Source of the DNA: Macrostomum hystrix | Taxonomy: Eukaryota; Animalia; Platyhelminthes | Reading direction: 5' to 3' | Assembly (NCBI GenBank): GCA_950097015.1 | Contig: CATNEN010000038.1 | Location: 15,376,001-15,440,000 of the forward strand | Length of the DNA: 64,000 nucleotides | In this document: piece by piece, positions 26,618 through 40,100 of the stretch | Layout: each line of letters begins with the position of its first letter | How positions within the stretch are numbered: position 1 is the stretch's first letter | Position numbers and translations under genes: made by a program | Notes under the pieces: generated by a model | What the model was told of the DNA's origin: nothing | The model's database searches: none | Seen by the model: only the letters and a program-made list of their open reading frames with translations

Positions 26618-29600
26618 AAACAGCAGTCTCACCTGGAATGGCAGAATCTGTAGCTTCTCAGTGTCGAAGGCCACCGCCTCAGCGTCCAGAATAAAATCCA
26701 CAGCCTGGCGTCCAGTGAGCAGGTCAGGCACCCGGGCTGCAATGTCCGGATACTTGCTGGTATTGTTCTCCTGGTTGCGCGAGTAGACTCTAACGGAGCC
26801 GTCGGGCAGTCGGTGAATCTGGGCCCGCTCGCCGTCATATTTGAATTCGCAGGTGAAAGCGCCGACACCTTCGAAGCGCTTGAGAACCTCGGCTACACCG
26901 CGAGTAGGATGCGCCAGCATCGGCTTCAATGGCAGGCCAACCTGCAGACGGCAGCGGGACAGTAGGCCGGACAGGTCGCCGGAGCTGCTTGGTAGGGGAT
27001 AAGCAAGGAAACTTTGTTTCGAGTAATATGCGCCGAAAATCTCGAAAAATAACCTATTTACCGTTTCAACTTCCGTTTAAATGGAATAGAGAAAGCGTTC
27101 AAGCGTTGGAACCAGTTTCTGCACTTTAAAATATGTTTCTATATTTAGAAAATGTTTCTATTTTTAGAATCTGTTTCTATTTTTAGAATCTGTTTCTATT
27201 TTTAGAATCTGTTTCTTTCTTTAGAATCTGATTAGGAGGCGAGTGGCAGAGCGGTCTAACACATTTGCCTCTCGCACCAAGGTCCCTGAGCTCGATTTCG
27301 CGGCGACGCAACATTCATTTGCAGAGCAACCACGGAGAGAAAGCTTCGGGGCTTGCCGTGCAATTTACGCACTGGAGGGCCAACCTCCAAGATACAGTGA
27401 GAGTGTACACTGCCTGACGATGAGATCTGACGAAGTCAGGGCAGATGGACACACTTAAGTGAGCGTATGCCTGCGTGCGTACAGCATCTGTGTGAGTGTG
27501 TGCTCAGGAGTCAGCGAAATGAGCAGAATTGCCTCCTCGCTGGCTGCGGGTCTTATGGCACATGATAATAATGACACATCAGTATCCCCAAATGATGTGC
27601 CATTACCCGCAGCCCTCTAGCAATTATTATCATTATTATTAGAATCTGATTCTATTTTTAGAATCACAATCTATTTTTAGAATTAGTTTCCATTTTAGAA
27701 TCAGTTTCTATTTTTAGAATCAGTTTCTATATTTAGAATCAGTTTGAATTATTGACTCACCTTTCAGTTTCGGCAGTCTCAGCTAGCAGGGCTGCTATGA
27801 GGAGGTCATAGTTGGGACACCGGCAGTATGCGGTGCGAACCAGCAGTGCAGCTTCATCTTGGCGTCGTTTCCACGACTCGGCCGACTGGCCTTTGGCAGC
27901 GTCCGGGGTCTGCAAATTTGGTGACCTGACAAACGCGTGGCCCAGTGCGGATAGGACAGACAGTTCGGCTAATCCAATGCGCAGTCTACCAGATAGCGAT
28001 CTGATTAGGTATTTCGCTTCGCATTGGCGACAGGACACTAGTAGTGATTGGATTTTGGCCACCTGTTTAAGCGTGCAACAGTTTGTTCATAGCTTGAATA
28101 TGTCTTTGGTAAACGGTTGGGAGCAACTATGTCATTTTTCTTAAACTTTCGTAATATAATTAGCGACATGCGGGCATAGATAGATTTGGGTGAGATAATC
28201 CTGGGATAGATAAATGAAAGAAAACTTTGGTAAGATATACGATATTTTTTAAAGTAAGAAAACTTTAAGTTAGATAAATTCAATTTCAGATAATCCTAGG
28301 TTGGATCAGTTCAAGATGAGATAATCCTTGGTTGGATAAGTTCAAGATGAGATAATCCTTGGTTGGATAAATTCAAGATGAGATAATCCTTGGTTGGATA
28401 AATTTAAGATGAGATAATCCTAGGTTGGATAAATTCAAGATGAGATAATCCTAGGTTGGATAAATTCAAGATGAGATAATCCTTGGTTGGATAAGTTCAA
28501 GATGAGATAATCCTTGGTTGGATAAATTCAAGATGAGATAATCCTTGGTTGGATAAATTTAAGATGAGATAATCCTTGGTTGGATAAATTTAAGATGAGA
28601 TAATCCTTGGTTGGATAAATTCAAGATGAGATAATCCTAGGTTGGATAAATTCAAGATGAGATAATCCTTGGTTGGATAAGTTCAAGATGAGATAATCCT
28701 TGGTTGGATAAATTCAAGATGAGATAATCCTTGGTTGGATAAATTTAAGATGAGATAATCCTTGGTTGGATAAATTTAAGATGAGATAATCCTTGGTTGG
28801 ATAAATTCAAGATGAGATAATCCTAGGTTGGATAAATTCAAGATGAGATAATCCTTGGTTGGATAAGTTTAAGATGAGATAATCCTTGGTTGGAGAAGTT
28901 CAAGATTAGATAATCCTAGGTTGGATAAATAAAAAATTCAAGGTAAGATAATGATGAAATAGGCTACATAGGCTACATCGGGTGCAGTTGTACCTAGCCG
29001 AATCGAAGATCGGGGGTTCGATTCCTGACTTTACTGGAACAATTCGTATATATTAGCAAGACACTTAACCCAGCTGTGAAATCGGCATCAGCTGATGTGT
29101 AATTGATAGGTGTAATCAACTAGTATTGGTCATGTAAATGAGCAGTTGAGCTTACCTTTTTCTGCTGAGCCGCATTGCCAGACAGATCGGCTACCTCACG
29201 CAGGCGTTGAAAAACGGCAGCCACCGTCAGTGGCTTCGGCCGGCACATGACAGACTGGCGCGAGCGCAATGATTCGCTAACGGCACCCAAATCGCCCACA
29301 GTTTGAGCTCGCTGGCGAATCTTATCAACAGTTGAGCCGGTGCTCAAAGCCATTGCCTTCATCAGCACCGAATCGCCAATGCCTAATTCCACGGCTTCAT
29401 AGGCTGGAGCCAGCTGGTTCAGGCACAGGTAGACGCATGGCAACAAATCCTTGGGGCTTAATAGACGAACGGAGCGCAGGAAATTGCACAGCAATTCTAA
29501 AATTCGCAAACGGCCGGGTGTAGCTTCGATAGCTTCGAATGTCTTAGCCAGGGCCAGGTAGGGCACTGGTTCGCCGCTGGACCAGCTGGCGTCCAACAGA

Positions 29601-30292
29601 GGATCGTAGCGAGCCTTGCCCGGATTGTAATCCGATTCTTCTGTTGCCTGCTCTAGCTGGGCTGCGGTCTTCTTCTCCTGGCCAGAGGCCTGCGGCTTTG
29701 CCACCGGTTCCGGCGACTTTTGCAACTCAACCGGCTGTTGAGACTGCTCATTTTCAATCTTGGTTGTCTTCTTCTTTTTCAAAGACTCAATCTTCTTTGG
29801 CTGAGACTTCGTTATCTTCAGCTTTTTTGCTTTCTTTTGCTGCTGCTCAGATTCCGCCTCCGATGCCGAAGAATCTGACGAAGAGATCATCCGACGCCTG
29901 CGCTTCGAAGGCGGCGGCGATTCCGGCTGAGACGAAGACGAGGACAAAGACTCACCCGGCTCGGGGGATGAGCAATCATCAGAATCTGGCGAAGTGTTCT
30001 TTCGTTTATTGTTAACTACGGACGTCGTTGGTTCGCTCTTGATTTCGCTGCCTGCTTGTTCGCCATTCTGCCAGTCTTTGTTAGCAAGTGTCTCTTTTTT
30101 AACAAGTGTCTCAGTCTTAGTTGATTCTTTGATGCCAGTCTTCGTTGCTGTTGAAAGACTCGAAGCTGAGATTTGGCGAAGTGGACAGCCGCCATTGTCG
30201 CTATTCGGCTTGTCTGCAGTAGCGGTCGGCGCTTGTGTAAAGAAGGATGTTATGGAGCGCTGCTGCTGCTGCTTGCTTTTCTGCTGAGACAT
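23298..30292 (-). CDS. LIG1: DNA ligase I; exons 30292-29156, 28062-27761, 26984-26633, 25182-24866, 23847-23298; 885 aa
   Basis: N-terminal PIP box [16 protein letters not shown], active site [34 protein letters not shown]; GT-AG introns in phase (2658 nt). Confidence 0.97.
23905..24840. repeat. 22-bp G-rich minisatellite (gtagagtatgggtgggagagaa)n in LIG1 intron 4
   Basis: Visible tandem array. Confidence 0.96.
25275..26110. repeat. 21-bp minisatellite (tgtacatttcttattgatgag)n in LIG1 intron 3
   Basis: Visible; explains ORFs 25176-25979 and 25280-26065. Confidence 0.96.
27234..27638 (+). mobile_element. SINE family 1 full-length copy inserted into a 20-bp minisatellite in LIG1 intron 2
   Basis: Head ggcgagtggcagagcggtctaac (A box)...gagctcgatttc (B-box-like), (ATT)n tail, 13-bp TSD ttagaatctgatt (27221-33 / 27639-51). 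Confidence 0.85.
28288..28930. repeat. 31-bp minisatellite (gagataatccttggttggataaattcaagat)n in LIG1 intron 1
   Basis: Visible tandem array. Confidence 0.95.
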
Positions 30293-30414
30293 TGCTGTTA
30301 AGGACGTAATAAGACGGCTAACACTTGGCCGATAAATAGCTGGCAGACTTTGGCTCCTGAATGCAAACGCAATCAGCGGGCGAAGTAACTGCAAATTTAA
30401 GCGGTAGTAAGTTC

Positions 30415-30985
30415 GACACACTCCATGCCAACCAATCAATGTACACACACTCCAGGCCAACCAATCAATGTACACACACTCCAGGCCTGCCAACCAATCA
30501 ATGTACACACACTCCAGGCCAACCAATCAATGTACACACACTCCATGCCAACCAATCAATGTACACACACTCCAGGCCTGCCAACCAATCAATGTACACA
30601 CACTCCAGGCCTGCCAACAAAAAGATGTACACATACTCCAGGCCTGCCAACCAATTAATTAATGTACACACACTCCAGGCCTGCCAAACAATCAATGTAC
30701 ACACACTCCAGGCCAATCAATCAATGTACACACAATCCAGGCCAATCAATCAATGTACACACACTCCAGGCCTGCCAACAAAAAGATGTACACATACTCC
30801 AGGCCTGCCAACCAATTAATTAATGTACACACACTCCAGGCCTGCCAAACAATCAATGTACACACACTCCAGGCCAATCAATCAATGTACACACAATCCA
30901 GGCCAATCAATCAATGTACACACAATCCAGGCCAATCAATCAATGTACACACAATCCAGGCCAATCAATCAATGTACACACACTG
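30415..30985. repeat. 28-32-bp minisatellite (tccaggcctgccaaccaatcaatgtacacacac) upstream of LIG1
   Basis: Visible tandem array. Confidence 0.93.
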
Positions 30986-31799
30986 TAAACCAATCCTTTA
31001 ATGTGAAAAACAAGCAAAAAAACAAAACTGATTTCTGCATAAACCAAGCAATTAAATGATTTATTAATTTTCGCATACGAACAGAACAGCAAACAATTTC
31101 TAGTAACATCTGATGCTTTAAGTGCATGGCTCTTTCTGCAGGTGAAATTTAAGTTGTGAAGTGCGCAGTACATCAGTTTCGAAATCAGAAAAAAAAAACC
31201 TGCTAAAAAGAGTTTAAAAAGAACAGAAACGTAATTTAAAGGAAGCAAAAAAACAAAGAAGTTACTAAAATGACGGATGAAAAAATTTACCGAATAAAAA
31301 AATTGTTTTATACTCTCTCATAGCTAATGAGAATAACAAATAGAAATAACCTGACAATATATACTATGTCTTGGACCACGGCAAATATATAAACTATACA
31401 TTTGTAACCTATACGCTAACTAAATCTTGCAATCGAGTTGCTCATAAAAACAGATATATATAGAAAGCAAAACAACTTAGCTGATAAATATTAATGCAGA
31501 GACCAAAGCCATTTGTGAAATAATAATGTAAAACGGATTTCTTATCCAGTGAGAAATGTTGCTTTGAGATCACAATATGAGCAAGTAAACGAATTGAGAC
31601 AAACAAGTAAGAACATAATAACAGAAAAATGTTCTGATAACATAAATAAATGTTCCTATTCCTAATATACTTTAAACTAATTTAAACGAAACAAGAAATA
31701 CAACAAAGCTTTGTCGATTGCGACTTGTAAAATTGACTAGATTGATTGAGTTTACAGTTGCACGAAGCACAAAACAATTTACAGCCAAGAGACAGAGAG

Positions 31800-32220
31800 T
31801 ACTTTAGAGCCTACGGGGGTAGGAATGAGTCAAATGTACATTAGAGCCTACGGGGGTAGGAATGGGTCAAATGTACATTAGAGCCTACGGGGGTAGGAAT
31901 GGGTCAAATGTACATTAGAGCCTACGGGGGAGGAAGGAGTCGAATGTACATTAGAGCCTAATTTGGGTAGGAAGGAGTCAAATGTACATTAGAGCCTAAT
32001 TTGGGTAGGAAGGAGTCGAATGTACATTAGAGCCTACGGGGGAGGAAGGAGTCGAATGTACATCAGAGCCTTTGGGGGTAGGAAGGAGTCGAATGTACAT
32101 CAGAGCCTTTGGGGATAGAAAGGAGTCGAGTGTACATTAGAGCTTACTTTGGGGGCACGATGGGACCGAATGTACATTACTTATAGGCTACTGAGGGGTA
32201 GCAAGGCCAAAGAGTACATT
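31800..32220. repeat. ~37-bp minisatellite (gtacattagagcctacgggggtaggaa...)
   Basis: Visible tandem array. Confidence 0.9.
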
Positions 32221-32919
32221 TATACGAACATATTTCCAAAATAATGAAAAAAAGACTTCAGTAGTGACAAAGCTACCAAGTCTATCAGCACAAAAAGCAT
32301 TGCAAATGTCGTTACTAAATATATAATAAGCAGCAGAACATGTACAATCTAGTCTGTGTCGCTAACTTTCATGGAATATAATTTAAAAAATGTATAAGAA
32401 CGACTAAATATTTTGATCTTAAAATAAGTTGAAGTAGATTTATTGTTTATTAAAACTTAAGCTAGCAAAAATCAATACGACAGAATTATGTAAATAAAAA
32501 TATATAAAATGTGTGACGATATGAAAACACTATAGTTAAAAATAACAGCAGTCAAATAACAAAGTCAAATACAAGCACTTGCTTGTTTAACAAAACAAGT
32601 ATGATAAATAAGAAAATAAGATAACTATTTGTAAGCAAGACTATTAAGGCTATGTTAAAGTTCAAGCTAAAATAAAACGTCATAATACAAGCACTAATCT
32701 AACAGAAGCCAAGATTGCTTTTTGTGACATTTATGCAAAACAATGGTACGTGTTTTGCGGTAGAAGCGTGCTTAAAAGTTACAACCTGGTCAGCTGAACT
32801 GTAGCGCTTAACTACTCGATAGAAATATTCTAAAAACTGAAATCTGTTTATTAAGAATTCAATAAAAACGGAACGAGATCCAGGTTTTAAAATCGAGATT
32901 CCCGATTCATAATACATAT

Positions 32920-33960
32920 ACTAAGATTCGTAATCCAGATCATGAAATTCGGAATCTATATCCTCATATTCGTAAGACATATCCTAGGATTCTGAATCCA
33001 GATCCTAAGATTCGTAAGACATATCCTAAGATTCTGAATCCAGATCCTAAGATCGGAATACATATCCTAAGATTCGGAATACAGATCCTAAGATTCAGAA
33101 TACAGATCCTAAGATTCGGAAAACAGATCCTAAGATTCGGAATCCCGATCCTAAGAATCGGAATCGAGATCCCAATATTCGGAATACAGATCCTAAGATT
33201 CGGAATACAGATCCTAAGATTCGGAATACAGATCCTAAGATTCGGAATACAGATCCTAAGATTCGGAATACAGATCCTAAGATTCAGAATACAGATCCTA
33301 AGAATCGGAATCGAGATCCCAATATTCAGAATACATATCCTAAGATTCGGAATCCCGATCCTAAGATTCGGAATCCCGATCCTAAGAATCGGAATCGAGA
33401 TCCCAATATTCGGAATACAGATCCAAGATTCGGAATACAGATCCTAAGATTCAGAATACAGATCCTAAGATTCGGAAAACAGATCCTAAGATTCGGAATC
33501 CCGATCCTAAGAATCGGAATCGAGATCCCAATATTCGGAATACAGATCCTAAGATTCGGAATACAGATCCTAAGATTCTGAAAACAGATTTTAAGATTCG
33601 GAATACAGATCCTAAGATTCGGAAAACAGATCCTAAGATTCGGAATACAGATCCTAAGATTCGGAATACAGATCCTAAGATTCGGAATACAGATCCTAAG
33701 ATTCGGAATACAGATCCTAAGATTCAGAATACAGATCCTAAGAATCGGAATCGAGATCCTAAGATTCCGAATACAGATCCTAAGTTTCGGAATACAGATC
33801 CTAAGATTCGGAAAACAGATCCTAAGATTCGGAATACAGATCCTAAGATTTGGAATCCCGATCCTAAGATTCGGAATACAGATCCTAAGATTCGGAATAG
33901 AGTAACTAAGAATTGGAATCGCAATCCTTTATTATGAATCAAGATCCTAGGACCCGGAAG
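32920..33960. repeat. 21-bp minisatellite (gatcctaagattcggaataca)n downstream of the RGS stop
   Basis: Visible tandem array. Confidence 0.95.
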
Positions 33961-34071
33961 CGAAATCTTTAGACTCTAAATCCATATTATTATAAAATTT
34001 TATGATATGAAAATTTGGGAAAGCAATTTACATCCCTACGGTTAGGAAAAGCAATCTATAAGTACACAATG

Positions 34072-34119
34072 TTATAATTTCTCAACCTTCTTAACCAAAT
34101 CTCCAGAAGCAGAGGCATT

Positions 34120-34161
<42 letters not shown>

Positions 34162-37100
34162 TGTCGCTAAGGCGACGGCGGCAGTTGGAGCAGTGGCTAG
34201 GGCAGGCGCCGGCGCAGTGAAAGGGTCGCAGAAGTCGGCGGAACCGACCGCGTCGGCGGGTCCCACATCTTTAGACTTTCTAGTGGCGGCAGAGGCGGCT
34301 ACTGTTACAGAATTGGCTGCAGCATCGCTGCTAGACAGCCTTTGCTGCTTTTTGCTGCTCAACTTCTTCTTGCCGCCGGCTAGTAATTGTCGATAAAAAT
34401 CGGAGCGCAGGAATCTGCCGTAGGAATCGGCCTTCATCAGCAGGAAGATGTGCTCTTCGGCAGCTTCAAATGTGTACCGATCGGCTGACGCTGACGTTGC
34501 CGCGGAAATTCGCTTGCGAACGGCTTCTGCGACGGGTCCGGCGACGTTGACGGGCTCGGTGGCGTCCGGACCGAGAAATGTGTCGTAGATTCGATGCACC
34601 TCGCGATGCACCTGGCTAGCTGGCGCGTGTCTCAATCGTTGGCAAGCCTCCCAGAAGGCTAGATTCTCGGCGCTCACCTCTTTAAGTAGCCATTTTTCGA
34701 ATTCCTCCCGGCCGGCCGGGTCGCGCAGCAGTTCGTGAATGCTGAATCCCCAACGCTTCACCCGTCTGGCTGGTACGTCGCGAGTTCGACGCTCCGATTC
34801 CCAATAGTCGGCGCTATCCGACACCCACGGGTTCTGGCTCTGGTCTGGCAGGCCGCCGCCAATGAATGCGTCGAATTCTGCATACTGCTGGTAATAGCAG
34901 ATGGCGCTCTCCGCCGCCTTCGACACTTTCACGCGCCTGGAGGTGCGGGGGCAGAGGGCGGTGCGGCTATGAGAACTATATTGGAAGGCAATTAAGAGGA
35001 TCGGGGTGAGGGTAAAGATGAGAGAAAGAGAGACAATTAAAGAGACAATACTCTTTAATATTAATATATATTATACAAAGAGGAAAGGAAATAAGAGTAG
35101 AGAGAAGATGAGAGGAAAGAATATGAGAGAGGAGAGGATAGGAGAGAGGAGAGGAGACGAGAGGATAGGAGAGGAGACGAGAGGATAGGAAAGAGGAGAG
35201 GAGAGGAGAGAGGAGAGGAGAGGAGAGAGGAGAGGAGAGGAGAGAGGAGAGGAGAGGAGAGAGGAGAGGAGAGGAGAGAGGAGAGGAGAGGAGAGGAGAG
35301 GAGAGAGGAGAGGAGAGAGGAGAGGAGAGGAGAGGAGAGGAGAGGAGAGAGGAGAGGAGAGGAGAGGAGAGGAGAGGAGAGGAGAGGAGAGAGAGGAGAG
35401 GAGACGAGAGGATAGGAGAGAGGAGAGGAGACGAGAGGATAGGAGAGAGGAGAGGAGACGAGAGGATAGGAGAGAGGAGAGGAGAAGATAGGAGAGGAGA
35501 TAATAGAAGAGAAAAGGACAGGGGAGGAGAGAGAAGAGGAGAGGAGAGGAGAGGAGAGAGGAGAGGAGAGGAGAGAGAAGAGAGAAGAGGAGGTGAGAGG
35601 AGGTGAGAGGAGGTGAGAAAGGAAATGAGATGAGAGGATGGAAGAGTATACCATACGTGATTATGTATTGGAATAGCCAAGTAACTAAATCTCAAGCTCA
35701 AACAGTAAATTGTTAAATTTTAACACACAGCATATATCGAACATCTCACCGTCTAGCCAGCGCCTGTCGGAGCTTCTCAGCCTTGGCAGCTGGCTCGCAG
35801 GACTCAACAGGGCTGAGCCGGCCGCTGGGTATCGGAAAACTGGCCGGCCTAGTTGCCGCCTTCTTGGGTCGCTTGGCCCGGCACAGCTTGCGCATGTCGA
35901 CCTCCGTGGCAACAACAGCGCCAGGCGGCGGCCGGTACAGCAGCCAGAAGCCGCGCTCCTGACTCTCCAGCACCATGCGCTCGAGCCTCTCCAGTTTCCT
36001 GATGGATTTAGCGGATTAGAGCTTCAGACTTCTGACCGAGAGGCTGGGAGTTCGAATCTTAGCCAAAGGGTGACAATTTGAGTCATTTAAAACGAGTTTA
36101 CCTAGCTTTAAAATGGGTACTAACATCGAAAGGAGTCCCTAAAGAATTCCGTTTGTGCGGCAAAACATCCCAGTCCATGGACTGAAAAGCTGTACGCAAC
36201 CAGCTTTCAGAGGAATTATATCTCCCGAAAGATATCAGCGGATTCCAATAGTACCTGATAGCTCAGCGGATTCCAATAGTACCTGATAGCTTTCAGCGGA
36301 TTCCAAAAGTTACATGATAGCTCAGCGGATTCCAATAGTACCTGATAGCTTTCAGCGGATTCCAAAAGTTACATGATAGCTTTCAGCGGATTCCAAAAGT
36401 TACATGATAGCTTTCAGCGGATTCCAATAGTACCTGATAGCTTTCAGCGGATTCCAATAGTACCTGATAGCTTTCAGCGGATTCCAATAGTACCTGATAG
36501 CTTTCAGCGGATTCCAAAAGTTACATGATAGCTTTCAGCGGATTCCAATAGTACCTGACAGCTTTCAGCGGATTCCAATAGTACCTGACAGCTTTCAGCG
36601 GATTCCAATAGTACCTGATAGCTTACAGCGGATTCCAATAGTACCTGATAGCTTTCAGCGGATTCCAAAAGTACCTGATAGCTTTCAGCGGATTCCAATA
36701 TATACATGATAGCTTTCAGCGGATTCCAAAAGTACCTGATAGCTTTCAGCGGATTCCAATAGTTACATGATAGCTTTCAGCGGATTCCAATAGTATCTGA
36801 TAGCTTTCAGCGGATTCCAATAGTTACATTATAGCTTTCAGCGGATTCCAATAGTTACATGATAGCTTTCAGCGGATTCCAATAGTACCTGATAGCTTTC
36901 AGCGGATTCCAATAGTACCTGATAGCTTTCAGCGGATTCCAATAGTACCTGATAGCTTTCAGCGGATTCCAATAGTTACATGATAGCTTTCAGCGGATTC
37001 CAATAGTACCTGATAGCTTTCAGCGGATTCCAATAGTAACTGATAACTTACAGCGGATTCCAATAGTACCTGATAGCTTTCAGCGGATTCCAATAGTACC

Positions 37101-40100
37101 TGATAGCTTTCAGCGGATTCCAATAGTAACTGATAACTTACAGCGGATTCCAATAGTGCCTCACAACATTTTGTGGATTATAATTCTTTGTATTTTTGTT
37201 AAATAACGAATACGACTAACACTGTAGGTCGAAGAACAGACTAAAAAATAGTAAAAACAACCCAACAAGAAGGAAAGCAGCTGCTGACACAACTCCGCTG
37301 CGATCCATTTATGCTTGAAACTGGCTGGTCCTAGTCTAACAACTGCTAAGGTCGCGACCTTGTCGATTCAGAAATATTTTCTTAATGCTGGTCACAGATG
37401 GGCAATTAGGAAATTTATTTTCTGTACTTCGCCAAGCCTTAGGCTTGGAGGACGAAAAATGGTTACCAAATTGATTTTGCACTTTCTAGATATGTACTTT
37501 TTCAATCTAAAGCTCAGAAGTATTCGATATTATCAATCCTCCGATTTCCTGAAGCATCAGTTATACTGAAGACTATGTAATACTAAAGTTACAGAAGTCT
37601 CCCTGCGTTTTCTGAAGTCCTGAATATTTTAAAGCATCGGATACCCTAAGGCCTCGGATACCCTAAGGCCTCGGATACCCTAAGGCCTCGGATACCCTGA
37701 AGCATCGGATATGAGATACCCTGAAGCATCGGATATGAGATATCCTGAAGCATCGGATATGAGATATCCTGAAGCATCAGGTATGAGATATCCTGAAGCA
37801 TCAGTTATTCTGAAGAATCAGATATCCTGAAGATACACTGAAGTTTCAGATATATTGAGTTTTGGAAAAACCTAGAGCTTGACAAAACCACGTAGCCATC
37901 AGAATTTACCTGTCGACCTTAGCCTCAGCCTCCGCCTGAAGATAGATAAACTCCCAATTGTGCGACAATAATCTTTGCAGTCTAGCCAAATTTTCAGCTT
38001 CATAATTAGCCAACTCCAGACGCTGTTTATTTAATAGAGTCCGCTTGCAGAGGTAGACAGCGTAGTCTGTATTGTCTAGGCGTTCAGGCGATTTACTTGG
38101 CCACAGGCACGGAGTTTGAAAGCGGTAGTAGGACGAGTCATTGCGTACGGCCAGCACCGTGCCTTCAACTGGTATGATGTAACCGTGAGCTGCCAGCATG
38201 CTGGCAACGTGACAGGCCTCCTAAAACAGCGGGTAGCCAAGCGCTTAATAAACTATTGGATCAAAATTAAATTGAAAATTTATAGATCGTGGGATTAGAA
38301 AACTGATGAAAAAGAGGTCCGGGCGTTTCCAAGAAACTGCTAGTGACCTTATGAACCAAAGGTCATGTTATTTCTAAGAAATAGCTAGTGAAGTTAGGAA
38401 ACAGAGGTCATGTTGTTTCTTAGAAATAGCTAGTGAAATTAGGAAACAGAGGTCATGTTGTTTCTTAGAAATAGCTAGTGAGATTAGGAAACAGAGGTCA
38501 TGCTGTTTCTAAGAAATAGCTAGTGAAATTAGGAAACAGAGGTCATGTTGTTTCTAAGAAATAGCTAGTGAAATTAGGAAACAGAGGTCATGTTGTTTCT
38601 AAGAAATAGCTAGTGAGATTAGGAAACAGAGGTCATGTTGTTTCTTAGAAATAGCTAGTGAAGTTAGGAAACAGAGGTCATGTTATTTCTAGGAAAAAGC
38701 TAGTGGAGTTTAAGAACAGAGGTCATGTTGTTTTTAGGAAAAAGCTAGTGGAGTTTAAGAACAAAGGTCATGTTGTTTTTAGGAAAAAGCAAGTGAGTTT
38801 TAAGAACAAGTTTTATGTTGTTTCTAAGAAAAAGCAAGTGGGATTCAAGAACGATGGTGATGTTGTTTCGAAGAAAAAGCTAGAGGGATTTAACAACGAT
38901 GGTGACGTTGTTTCTAAGAAAAAGCTGGTGAGATTTAAGAACAAAGGTGATGTTGTTTCGAAGAAAAAGTTAGAGGGATTAGGAAACAGATGTAGTTGAA
39001 TTTGGGAAAAGAGGTTAGTTGTTTATCGGAAAATTGCATTTAAAAGTTACTCGAGCGGATTAGGATTTTAACATACGTGCATAAAGAAATTATAAAGTTT
39101 GTAAATTTAAAAAAAAATTTTTTTTTTAATCCAGCAAAAATTTTATCCGATGCGGTGGCAAGTCTGGCAACCGATAATTCATTATGCAACAGAGCATGCT
39201 TAAATTTGTTAATATGCTCTCAATTTATGGTTCTAAAAACTATTCTACCCGGCTGACGAAGCGATACAAATTAAGTCTGAGTAAGTGAGTGAAGGCACGG
39301 ATTTAAGCAGCTTGAAACTGCTATTCAAATGCACTTTAGATACTGGAAACACAGCCTAGCTAGCTAGAAAATAACGCTTGATAACTAAACCACAAAATGG
39401 GGCTGGCACAGTCCGACGATGCTGGCCACAATGCGAAACACAATACTATTAGACTTAGCCCCTTTAATTATCCTAGAGATGAATCTTATTCCTGTCTCAA
39501 TTCTCGCTTATGTCTTCTGTCGCGCATCTCCCCTGTCTTATCTCTTCCGAGCTAAATCTCTACCCCTGCCTTATCTTTTAACTGTCCTATCTCCCATCTT
39601 TGTCTTATCTATACTGTGAGATAGCTCGTAAAAGATAAGAAAGAGATGATACGGAAGAGACGAAACACAGGAGATGAGACACAGGAGTGATAAAAGATAA
39701 GTTAATGAGAAGATATTAAACAAGATAAGACATGGGAGAGGAGAGGAGAGATTAGACAGGGCAGATGTAAGACACGGGAGTGTTGAAACAGGGAAGAGAT
39801 AAGACGCAGGAGAGATGAAACAGGGAAGAGATAAGACGCGGGAGAGATGAAACAGGGAAGAGATAAGACGCAGGAGAGATGAAACAGGGAAGAGATAAGA
39901 CGCGGGAGAGATGAAGCAGGGAAGAGATAAGACGCGGGAGAGATGAAATAGGGAAGAGATAAGACTGGGGAGAGATGAAATAGGGAAGAGATAAGACGCG
40001 GGAGAGATGAAACAGGGAAGAGATAAGACGCGGGAGAGATGAAGCAGGGAAGAGATAAGACTGGGGAGAGATGAAATAGGGAAGAGATAAGACGCGGGAG

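Noticed and set aside
27531-27545. GCCTCCTCGCTGGC in SINE1 is identical to P3-L3 of the genomic HDV ribozyme
   Set aside because: No P1 partner followed by the GG of P1.1, and no J4/2 or P2 could be placed; the segment pairs better in a simple local hairpin. An Infernal/RNArobo HDV search on the consensus would be decisive.
29120-30526. ORF track suggests a longer LIG1 N-terminus
   Set aside because: The extension is minisatellite translation; the ATG at 30292 places the PIP box at the N-terminus as expected.
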